Virus record (IMG/VR): IMGVR_UViG_3300032236_000737
Location: 1 to 63,801 of that record
Length of the DNA: 63,801 bases
Direction: 5' to 3' (one strand)
DNA from: a virus
Lineage: Duplodnaviria; Caudoviricetes
Within the stretch, counting starts at the first letter, position 1; each line of letters opens with the position of its first letter. The notes under the pieces were generated by a model. That model made no database searches and had not been told where the DNA came from. It saw nothing but the letters and a program-made list of their open reading frames with translations. The translations under genes were made by a program, and so were the position numbers. Shown piece by piece: positions 56,436-63,801 of the stretch.

Positions 56436-57335
56436 ATGAAACTTCACGAATTACTTGATAATGACTCCTTACGAACTAATGAAGGACTAGCATCTTGGTT
56501 AGTTAAAACAGGTGCTAAGATGGGAGGCAAAGCTGCCGTTAAAGCTGGACTTAAAGGGTCTGCTCCTGCTGCCGAGAAAGTGGCTACAAAAGTTGCAAAG
56601 TCTGGTGTAGTAGACAAAGGATTTAAAGCCATATTTAAAGTAGGCGAAATCGTCAAGTGGCTGGTAAGCATTGGATTTGGTTATAGTGTAGCCAAACCAG
56701 TTTATGACTACTATACAAATGTTAGCAAAGCTGAAGACAACTACAAAGCAGGTGCTACTAGCCAAGAAGAATATCAATATATCCGTCAGCAACTGATGGG
56801 TCTTATGTTGACCAAGATTGCTGTCTTATTAGAAGGTGCGGCATTTTTAGGATCTATTGGTCTAGTTGCTAAAATCTTGGGCATTTTTAAATTTATTCCG
56901 GGAGTTGGATTAATTTTAAGAACAGTCTTGGCTATGGATACTGCGGCCGCTGCCGCATTCTTAGTAGCACTTAACAGTGAGTTTGGTCGCAAGTGGATTA
57001 CTAAAATTGCTTTCTTCCATCTAAGTGAAATTTTCCCTAGTTTGAAAGGCAGTCAATGGGATTTAGATATTGCAGATGTACTAGGTGCTGGCGGTGTTTG
57101 GATTACAGACGAATTTAAAAAGTTAATTGGTAAAGAAGATCCGGCAGATGCTCCTATTCAAGGAAATACTCCTGCTCAACAAGCTGGAAGAACTCCAGAC
57201 GACAAAGCTACTGATACTGCTCAAAAACAACATGCTGACCAGCAGACTAAAGACACAGATGAATGGGAACAAATTGCCCCAGGACGTGAGCAAAATAAAC
57301 GTACGGGTGTTATCCGTATGAATGACAAATATTAA
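56436..57335 (+). CDS. hypothetical late protein with hydrophobic helices (possible internal/ejected virion protein)
   Basis: TAAATA 5 nt before the ATG; MKLHELL...NEG N-terminus; several TM-like segments. Confidence 0.65.
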   Translation: MKLHELLDNDSLRTNEGLASWLVKTGAKMGGKAAVKAGLKGSAPAAEKVATKVAKSGVVDKGFKAIFKVGEIVKWLVSIGFGYSVAKPVYDYYTNVSKAEDNYKAGATSQEEYQYIRQQLMGLMLTKIAVLLEGAAFLGSIGLVAKILGIFKFIPGVGLILRTVLAMDTAAAAAFLVALNSEFGRKWITKIAFFHLSEIFPSLKGSQWDLDIADVLGAGGVWITDEFKKLIGKEDPADAPIQGNTPAQQAGRTPDDKATDTAQKQHADQQTKDTDEWEQIAPGREQNKRTGVIRMNDKY

Positions 57336-57571
57336 ATCAACGGCATTCCGCTGTTTTTAGTATTTTCAAAGTTGTCATTAACTATTTCATAAAAGATTGC
57401 ACGATCTTCGTGTGAGTAACGATCTAATAAATCGTTAACTGTAACGCCGCCTCGCATGTACCAACTGATTCTGTACAACTCTAATTTAAAATCTTTTACG
57501 TATTTTTCAAGCCTAATCAAGTCTTCTTGAATTTCCTGGGCGGATAGTCCGATTAGGCTTGTCCGAAAAAA
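57332..57571 (-). CDS. gp51-like hub assembly domain, probably translated as a -1 frameshift extension of the upstream gene
   Basis: Frame is open from the TTTTTTC slippery site; only a TTG start with no good SD; WYMRGG...EDRAIFYEIV motif. Confidence 0.6.
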   Translation of the reverse strand, partial: FFRTSLIGLSAQEIQEDLIRLEKYVKDFKLELYRISWYMRGGVTVNDLLDRYSHEDRAIFYEIVNDNFENTKNSGMPLI

Positions 57572-58380
57572 CTTGTTTGATCCATAGTTATAGTAAGTTC
57601 GTCTTTACCTTGACACTCATCACATTCTATAGGGAATGTAGGAATCATCCAAGCATCGCGATTCTTTTCAAACTGTTCTTTAATGCGAGCAAATATTTCT
57701 CTATCGCAATTTTCCAACCATTCATTGATATAAGCACGTTCAGTTACATTTACTTTATCAGTTTGTACACTATCAATGCTTAGACTGTACAGCTCATTTT
57801 GCATACGACCCAAATCGTCAAACAATGAATTTAGAATCTTTTGTTGCTCTTCTTCGTTTTCAATACGATTAGCTTGTGATAATTTTTGTTGTAATTGAAA
57901 GTTCTTTAACCCAAACTCGTTGCTTTGTGAATAAGTCAACGGTTTCATATTGATTACTAAATCGTCTAATACTAGTTTGTTATTAAAGTGAGCAGTAGTA
58001 AAGTGTTCAATCAAACGATTTAAATCGACATTATATTCTCCAAGATTTCCGCAATGGGGGCAAGTTTTTTCCACGCCCATGTCTGCACCAAATGTAGCAA
58101 TACGTATAGCTGTGAACATTAAGTCAGTGTCCAGAACACTTAACTCTGCGGCATTCTTAATACTAGGACAGCAACTTTCGATAACACGAATATTGCTTTC
58201 ACCGGTTAGTAATGCATCTGGAGTCTTCATGATAATTTCATCCATGCCAGTCATACCGTATACTGGAATGCTATTAACGTCTCCTTGTATAGTTCCTGGC
58301 TTGCTGTAGACGCCTTGACTAGGTAGTTTTACAAAGATTTTAGGTTGTCTAAAGTGTTGTGCTAATGGATTATTTGCCAT
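57553..58380 (-). CDS. gp26: baseplate hub assembly chaperone (T4 gp26-like)
   Basis: LPSQG, MTGMDE, D..F.AIRIA..G, CPHC and CDEC Zn motifs, C-terminal SFF. Confidence 0.75.
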   Translation of the reverse strand: MANNPLAQHFRQPKIFVKLPSQGVYSKPGTIQGDVNSIPVYGMTGMDEIIMKTPDALLTGESNIRVIESCCPSIKNAAELSVLDTDLMFTAIRIATFGADMGVEKTCPHCGNLGEYNVDLNRLIEHFTTAHFNNKLVLDDLVINMKPLTYSQSNEFGLKNFQLQQKLSQANRIENEEEQQKILNSLFDDLGRMQNELYSLSIDSVQTDKVNVTERAYINEWLENCDREIFARIKEQFEKNRDAWMIPTFPIECDECQGKDELTITMDQTSFFGQA

Positions 58381-58393
58381 TTTTGGCTCCTGA

Positions 58394-58415
58394 TAAATAT
58401 AATATGTAGTATTTA
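58394..58415. promoter_or_regulatory. two oppositely oriented TAAATA late promoters for gp26 (-) and tape measure (+)
   Basis: GATAAATA at 58392-58399 (+) and TATAAATA at 58417-58410 (-). Confidence 0.6.
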
Positions 58416-58441
58416 TATACGCACTTTTCTGGTGGAAAATA

Positions 58442-60667
58442 ATGGCAAAACTTGATGCAGAAGATTATGAAGGTATAGCGAAAGCGTTATCTACACAAGG
58501 CCGCTTTGGCGGAAATTCCGCACCTCCTCCTCCTTCTAGTGGCAGTAGTGGCGGGTCTGGAATAATTGATAATGCCATATCTGGAATAGGCAAACTTGGC
58601 TCAGGCAGTTATAACACTGCCGCGGCTTTACAAGATACTGCTGGTATTATTTCAAAAGTTTCACCTACACTAGGATCAGCACTAGGCGGAATAGCTAAAG
58701 GTGCTACTGATACCAATGAGATGATTCGCAGTACCGGCAAGGCTGGTGTTAATTTTGGTAATGATATAGGTCAAGCTAGAGAAAGTATCACTGGCGCTCG
58801 TATGGACTTGGGTCAGTTTAACAACATGGTCCGTAAAAATAGTACAGACTTTGCTGGTTTAGGACAAGGTGTTGATCAAGGTACAAAGAATCAGCTAAAA
58901 TTAAATCAAGCTGTTATTGAACAAGCAGATATTCAAGGTAGTTTAGCAGAAAAATTAATGCAAAGCGGTGTAACTGCTGATGATTTTAGTACAGCTACTA
59001 GATTAGTTACACTAAACAGTCGTGCAGGCATGTTACAAGATAAAGAACGTGCGGCCCGTGCAACTCAGAGTGCTATTGAACTTGCCGATGAGATGGACAA
59101 GTTAGCTAAGATTACTGGTAAGAGCAAAGAGCAACAAGCTAACGACTTAGAAAAACAAATGCGTAAAGCAGACGTTCAGGCAACATTGTTGCAAATGGAC
59201 GATCAGCAACAACAAAACTATAAGAAAGCACAATTAACATTTGGTACATTGGGTGAAGGTGTACAAGACTTAGCAAGTGAAATTGTAACAGGCGGTGTTC
59301 GTACTAAAGAAGGTGCGGCGGCCATGAGTGCATTAGGGCCAGCTGGTAAAGAATTTGAACAAGCATTGAAACAACAAATGGCTGCTCGTACTCCAGCAGA
59401 GAAAGCGGCCGCTGAAGCACAGATGAACCTTGCTAAACAGCACATTAGTGAATATCAAGCTAGTAAGGAATATAGAGATAAACTTGCATATGACCGTAGT
59501 GCAAGTGGTGATGCCGCTAGAAAAATGTTCACCGAGAACAAAGAAATGCAAGGCAAGTTGCAAACAGCTGGGTTAATTGAAAAAGAAACAGGTAAACCAG
59601 CAACTAGTGAACAAGTTATTGCTACACAACAACGAGCCGCAGACAGACAAACTAAAGGTCAAGATGTAGACACTGGTAAAGATTTAAAAGGCGCGGGCAC
59701 AGGCCGTGCAATTAACCAAGCAGACTTTGAATTAGGATCGGTTAGTGCAGGTTTAAACACTGGATTTAGAAAAATTAACGATGCGATTGCTCCTACACCT
59801 GAAGCACTTGAAAAAATGACACAAAAAGCCAGAGAGTTTGGCTTAGGAACTCAAGCGGGTGTTGCTGGAAAAATAGATCAAGGTGCAACTGCCGCACAGA
59901 ACTTTGTAGGAGTCAGACCACAAAATACACAAAGTGGTACTTTTAATCCTGAAACAGGAGAAGTAAAGAAAGTATCCCGTGAGTTTGGTAGTCCAGGTGT
60001 TGATCAATTCCTAAAAGGCGGATCCTTTGGCGGAATGTTTGAACAGTTTGGCAAAGGAACTCCAGCAGTACTACACGGCGAAGAGATGGTTGCTACTAAA
60101 AATCAAATGACTCAAATGCTAGGCAATATGTCTAAAGGTATGCCTGGTATTGGAGGAAGCTTCAATGCCAGTGATATGATGAAAGGAATGGAAGGCGCCC
60201 AAAGTTTAACTAAAGCCGATCAAGCTGGTATGCGAGAAGCATTGAGCAAAATGGGCGACAAAGAACGTTTGTCTATGATGCAAACTGGAGATTTAAATTC
60301 TCCAATGATGCAAGAACTGAAAAAGATGATGGGTGAAGGTGCATTCCAAGGCCCGATGCCAAGTCTTAGTGGCAAAAATGCTATGCCTGGAATTCCAAAA
60401 ATTCCAGAAATACCAAAAATTACTCCACCTTCTATTACACCTCCACCTCCACCAGCACCTACTGCCGCACCAAAACAAGAAGATGCAGGTAATATTCAAA
60501 AGAAAGCCGCACCAGCAACAGCAGATGTAACCATGAAAGACCTGAAAGACCAGCTTGTTCACTTAAATAGAAGTATAGAGAAGCTAGTTAGCCATAGTGC
60601 CGATACAGCAGATGCCGCGCATAAGCAGGTTAAAGCAACTAAGAGCATGAGTGGAAACAGGCTTTAA
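58442..60667 (+). CDS. tail tape-measure protein (gp29-like)
   Basis: Long Ala/Gln-rich helical protein; FGKGTPAVLHGEEMV motif; adjacent to the hub chaperones. Confidence 0.65.
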   Translation: MAKLDAEDYEGIAKALSTQGRFGGNSAPPPPSSGSSGGSGIIDNAISGIGKLGSGSYNTAAALQDTAGIISKVSPTLGSALGGIAKGATDTNEMIRSTGKAGVNFGNDIGQARESITGARMDLGQFNNMVRKNSTDFAGLGQGVDQGTKNQLKLNQAVIEQADIQGSLAEKLMQSGVTADDFSTATRLVTLNSRAGMLQDKERAARATQSAIELADEMDKLAKITGKSKEQQANDLEKQMRKADVQATLLQMDDQQQQNYKKAQLTFGTLGEGVQDLASEIVTGGVRTKEGAAAMSALGPAGKEFEQALKQQMAARTPAEKAAAEAQMNLAKQHISEYQASKEYRDKLAYDRSASGDAARKMFTENKEMQGKLQTAGLIEKETGKPATSEQVIATQQRAADRQTKGQDVDTGKDLKGAGTGRAINQADFELGSVSAGLNTGFRKINDAIAPTPEALEKMTQKAREFGLGTQAGVAGKIDQGATAAQNFVGVRPQNTQSGTFNPETGEVKKVSREFGSPGVDQFLKGGSFGGMFEQFGKGTPAVLHGEEMVATKNQMTQMLGNMSKGMPGIGGSFNASDMMKGMEGAQSLTKADQAGMREALSKMGDKERLSMMQTGDLNSPMMQELKKMMGEGAFQGPMPSLSGKNAMPGIPKIPEIPKITPPSITPPPPPAPTAAPKQEDAGNIQKKAAPATADVTMKDLKDQLVHLNRSIEKLVSHSADTADAAHKQVKATKSMSGNRL

Positions 60668-60679
60668 GGATAAAATTGA

Positions 60680-62425
60680 ATGAGTTGGAAAAAATACTTT
60701 ACACCAGTACCAGTAAACGGCGATAGTCTTGGACCAATTAATGGTCTAAACAGTGGCAATCGTCCAGGGCCTGCACGTAGCAACTATAGTTCTTATCTTC
60801 CAGATGTTTATTCTGGTAGCCCAAACCGTGTAGAACGCTATCAGCAATACGAAGTAATGGATAGCGATCCTGAAGTCAATGCGGCTTTGGATATTTTAGC
60901 AGAATTCTGCACACAAAAACTTAAAGATAGCAATGTTCCATTCGAAGTTAAGTGGCGCCACAAAGCTACTAACGTAGAAATACGTGTTTTAAGTGAATAC
61001 TTACAACAATGGTGTAAGTTACAACAGTTTGATACAAAGATTTTTCGCATTGTCCGCAATACATTTAAGTATGGCGATGCGTTTTTTATTCGCGACCCAG
61101 AGAATCAAAAGTGGAGTTGGGTTGAACCTAGCAATTTAATTAAAGTAATCGTTAACGAAAGCGAAGGCAAAAAGCCAGAACAGTATGTTGTTAAAGATTT
61201 AGCACCTAATTTTGAAAATTTAGTTGCTACAATGATTACTCCTAACATGAATCCGCGCCAAGGTGGCAATGGTCCTACACCGGCTGCTGGCTTTATTGGT
61301 AGTGGCGGCGGTGCAAAAGGAGGTGGTGCTGGTAGTACTGCTGGTGGAAGCAATCGTTTTGGCATACAATATAAAGAAAACGCTATCGATGCCAAGCATA
61401 TGGTACACTTGTCTTTGTCAGAAGGCCTAGATCAGAACTATCCTTTTGGTAATTCATTGCTTGAAAACATCTTTAAAGTATACAAACAGAAGGAATTGCT
61501 AGAAGATGCTATCCTTATCTATCGTATACAACGTGCTCCAGAACGTAGAGTGTTCCATATTGACGTTGGAAACATGCCAAGTCACTTGGCAATGGCATTC
61601 GTTGAGCGTGTTAAGAACGAAATTCACCAAAGACGTATACCTAGTCAAACAGGTGGCGGGCAAAACGTAATTGACTCTGCATATAATCCATTGTCAATCA
61701 ATGAAGATTACTTCTTTCCTAAGACAGCAGATGGTAAAGGATCGGATGTTACCATGCTTGAAGGCGGTAAGAACATTGGTGAAATTGATGACTTGAAGTA
61801 CTTTACTAACAAATTGTTCCGCGGTTTACGTATTCCCAGTAGCTATTTGCCTACAGGACAAGACGATTCACAGTCAAACTTCAACGACGGACGTGTAGGT
61901 ACTGCTTATATTCAAGAATTACGATTTAACAAGTACTGTGAACGCTTGCAATCGCTGTTAACCGCGGTGTTTGATGAAGAATTTAAGATGTTTATGCATA
62001 GTAAAGGCATGAACATTGACAGTAATTTGTTTGAATTAAAGTTCAATCCACCATTAAACTTTGCAAGTAGTAAGCAAGCCGCTATTGATGCAGAGAGAAT
62101 CAACACATTTAACACCGTACAAGCTATTCCGTTTGTGTCAAAACGCTTTGCAATGAAGCGTTTCTTAGGATTAACCGCAGAAGAAGTTGCAGAAAACGAA
62201 CGCATGTGGGCAGAAGAGAACGGTAAAGGCCAGCCAACTACTACAGATGCCGCTGGAGAATTACGTTCAGCAGGTTTAAGTGCAAGTGGTATTGAAGGAG
62301 ACATGGGCGCCGCTGGTGATATGGACGCTCCTGAAGACATGCAAGGAGAGAATCCTGCCGATACTGGAGCAGGCGCCGCAGCCGCAACACAACCTGGTGC
62401 ACCTACTCCACCGCCTGCCGCATAA
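60680..62425 (+). CDS. gp20: portal vertex protein
   Basis: LLEDAILIYRIQRAPERRVFHIDVGNMP, EDYFFP, LFRGLRIPSSYL and ELRFNKYCERLQ motifs. Confidence 0.93.
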   Translation: MSWKKYFTPVPVNGDSLGPINGLNSGNRPGPARSNYSSYLPDVYSGSPNRVERYQQYEVMDSDPEVNAALDILAEFCTQKLKDSNVPFEVKWRHKATNVEIRVLSEYLQQWCKLQQFDTKIFRIVRNTFKYGDAFFIRDPENQKWSWVEPSNLIKVIVNESEGKKPEQYVVKDLAPNFENLVATMITPNMNPRQGGNGPTPAAGFIGSGGGAKGGGAGSTAGGSNRFGIQYKENAIDAKHMVHLSLSEGLDQNYPFGNSLLENIFKVYKQKELLEDAILIYRIQRAPERRVFHIDVGNMPSHLAMAFVERVKNEIHQRRIPSQTGGGQNVIDSAYNPLSINEDYFFPKTADGKGSDVTMLEGGKNIGEIDDLKYFTNKLFRGLRIPSSYLPTGQDDSQSNFNDGRVGTAYIQELRFNKYCERLQSLLTAVFDEEFKMFMHSKGMNIDSNLFELKFNPPLNFASSKQAAIDAERINTFNTVQAIPFVSKRFAMKRFLGLTAEEVAENERMWAEENGKGQPTTTDAAGELRSAGLSASGIEGDMGAAGDMDAPEDMQGENPADTGAGAAAATQPGAPTPPPAA

Positions 62426-62432
62426 ATACAAT

Positions 62433-62675
62433 ATGATTTTAAGAGAACTGTTTTACATTGATCCAGATACACGTCATGTGGCTAACGATCTTCGTTACGA
62501 GCCTAAGCGTGATGACACGGTTATGCATAGAGACGACACACGTAAGACACGTTTAACTCTTAGACAACTCAATGAATTACGCAAGAGTAGTGAAGCGCAC
62601 ATACTAGAGCAAGAGAATGAATTAGAATTTATTCACACAATGTACGCAACACCAGCTCCTGCACCAGCCGCATAA
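62433..62675 (+). CDS. small head-morphogenesis region protein
   Basis: MILRELF start 4 nt after TAAATA; DTRKTRLTLRQLNELRK motif. Confidence 0.65.
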   Translation: MILRELFYIDPDTRHVANDLRYEPKRDDTVMHRDDTRKTRLTLRQLNELRKSSEAHILEQENELEFIHTMYATPAPAPAA

Positions 62676-62781
62676 TTAAAAAACTGTCAAAACTGGCCGT
62701 TTTTTACCTATATTACACTTGTTTTTTAACAAATGTGTAAATAATAAACAGCCTTGTAACTACAATCACAGGAGAAATAAC

Positions 62782-63648
62782 ATGACTGACCGCGCTCAAT
62801 TTGAAGCAATGTTGGAAGCACTGATCAATGATGATCAAGCCGCTGCCAAAGAAATTTTCCACAATATCGTTGTTGGAAAATCACGTGAAATTTACGAAGA
62901 ACTTTTAGAATCTGACTTCAGCAAGGATCAAGGTAATCCTTATGCAAGCGATGAAGAAAAAGTAGACGAAGACGAAACTATGGAAGAAGATGACATGGAA
63001 GAGTCTGAAGAAGAGGAAGAAGAGTCTGCTGGAGAAGATGAAGAAAGTGACGACGAAGAAGGTGACGACGCTGAAGGCGACGACGCTGAAGGCGACGACG
63101 CTGACGGAGAAGAAGATCCATTCGGCGGAGAAGAAGAAGGTGAAGGCGATATTGAAGATCGCGTAATGGATCTAGAAGATGCATTAGAAGACCTAAAAGC
63201 AGAATTTGAACAACTATTGTCACAAGAAGACGAAGAAGGTGGCCATGATATGGACGCTATTCACGCTGCCGGTGACGACATGGGTGGTGAACACGACATG
63301 GAAATGGAAACACCAATGATGGAATATGTAAACAAAGTTCCATTGCCAAAGCATGGTGACAACGGTGTTAACACTAAATCAGCAGTAGCTGGTAAGAATG
63401 ATATGGGCGGCACAACTGCAAATATCGCTAAGAGTTTCAGCACAACAAGTGGCGGAACACAAGGTGGTTTAGCAAAGCCAACAGCTGGTGATTTAACATC
63501 AGGTCTAGGTACAATTCAAAATCGTCCTGACTCAAAAGCTGGAAAGACAGGTTTCAAGAAACAAGAACCAGGTCATGGCCCAGAGAAAGCAGGTAAGAAA
63601 GAAGCTGGTGTAGATAAGAAATCACTTATCGGCACTAAGATTCGTTAA
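62782..63648 (+). CDS. acidic prohead core/scaffold-like protein
   Basis: AGGAG SD; very Glu/Asp-rich; lies between portal and protease; TAAATA at 62738. Confidence 0.6.
   Translation: MTDRAQFEAMLEALINDDQAAAKEIFHNIVVGKSREIYEELLESDFSKDQGNPYASDEEKVDEDETMEEDDMEESEEEEEESAGEDEESDDEEGDDAEGDDAEGDDADGEEDPFGGEEEGEGDIEDRVMDLEDALEDLKAEFEQLLSQEDEEGGHDMDAIHAAGDDMGGEHDMEMETPMMEYVNKVPLPKHGDNGVNTKSAVAGKNDMGGTTANIAKSFSTTSGGTQGGLAKPTAGDLTSGLGTIQNRPDSKAGKTGFKKQEPGHGPEKAGKKEAGVDKKSLIGTKIR
63058..63102 (+). repeat. 15-bp tandem repeat x3 (EGDDA)
   Basis: GAAGG[T/C]GACGACGCT three times, in frame. Confidence 0.8.
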
Positions 63649-63672
63649 TAACAACAGAGACTAAACTAAAAT

Positions 63673-63801
63673 ATGTCTTTATACCTCCGAGAGAATCTCA
63701 GTTTCAACGAAGCAAAAATGATCGTTGAGTCTGATGACAAAGATGGGAAAAGCCTATACATGTCCGGGATTTGCATCCAGGGCGGTATTCGCAACGCTAA
63801 C
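63673..63801 (+). CDS. gp21: prohead protease (T4 gp21-like), 3'-truncated by the window edge
   Basis: MSLYLRENL...LYMSGICIQGGIRNAN matches the gp21 N-terminal G-x2-Q-x4-N-x-N pattern; T4-like gene order. Confidence 0.75.
   Translation, partial: MSLYLRENLSFNEAKMIVESDDKDGKSLYMSGICIQGGIRNAN

Noticed and set aside
53452-62425. Inteins in gp46 or the portal
   Set aside because: Lengths are ordinary, and no C-start/HN-end splicing motifs or LAGLIDADG blocks were seen; the portal insert is only a Gly-rich loop.
63058-63102. 15-bp tandem repeat as a regulatory or array element
   Set aside because: It is an in-frame low-complexity expansion (EGDDA x3) in an acidic linker.
1-63801. Alternative genetic code (stop-codon reassignment)
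   Set aside because: Core genes, including a 16-kb ORF, are intact in the standard code, and TAA, TAG and TGA all end genes at sensible positions.
1-63801. CRISPR array or diversity-generating retroelement
   Set aside because: No regularly spaced direct repeats, no cas or reverse transcriptase gene, and no TR/VR pair noticed by eye.

Overview
A 63.8-kb segment of a large, AT-rich, T4-related (myovirus-type) phage genome read in the standard genetic code; no tRNA, rRNA or CRISPR array was seen. 1-15.6 kb (+) holds accessory and metabolic genes: a 5'-truncated GT-B glycosyltransferase, cupin, phosphoribosyltransferase, HIT hydrolase, folE, queE, T4-type RNase H, a MoxR AAA+/vWA-metallopeptidase pair and thyX. 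15.5-51.5 kb (-) holds four glycosyltransferase-like genes, a tail-fibre paralog set, a 5368-aa giant baseplate/adhesin protein and gp6/gp25/gp5/gp53/gp48-54-like baseplate genes. 51.6-63.8 kb holds the gp55 late sigma factor, gp47/gp46, an Hc1-like protein, a stand-alone GIY-YIG nuclease, gp26/gp51-like hub chaperones, tape measure, portal, a core protein and the start of the prohead protease. The signals that gene calls do not explain are: (1) a ~480-nt densely base-paired, pseudoknotted non-coding element directly behind the GIY-YIG gene; (2) a candidate -1 programmed frameshift (T TTT TTC plus an 11-bp stem) fusing the gp26-like and gp51-like ORFs; (3) a conserved motif exactly 15 nt upstream of three TAAATA late promoters; (4) a cluster of GCGAAGC-type DNA mini-hairpins written into gp46 codons; (5) a 7-deazaguanine pathway accompanied by PRTase, HIT, cupin and glycosyltransferase genes. 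All product calls come from motif recognition by eye, not from database searches.
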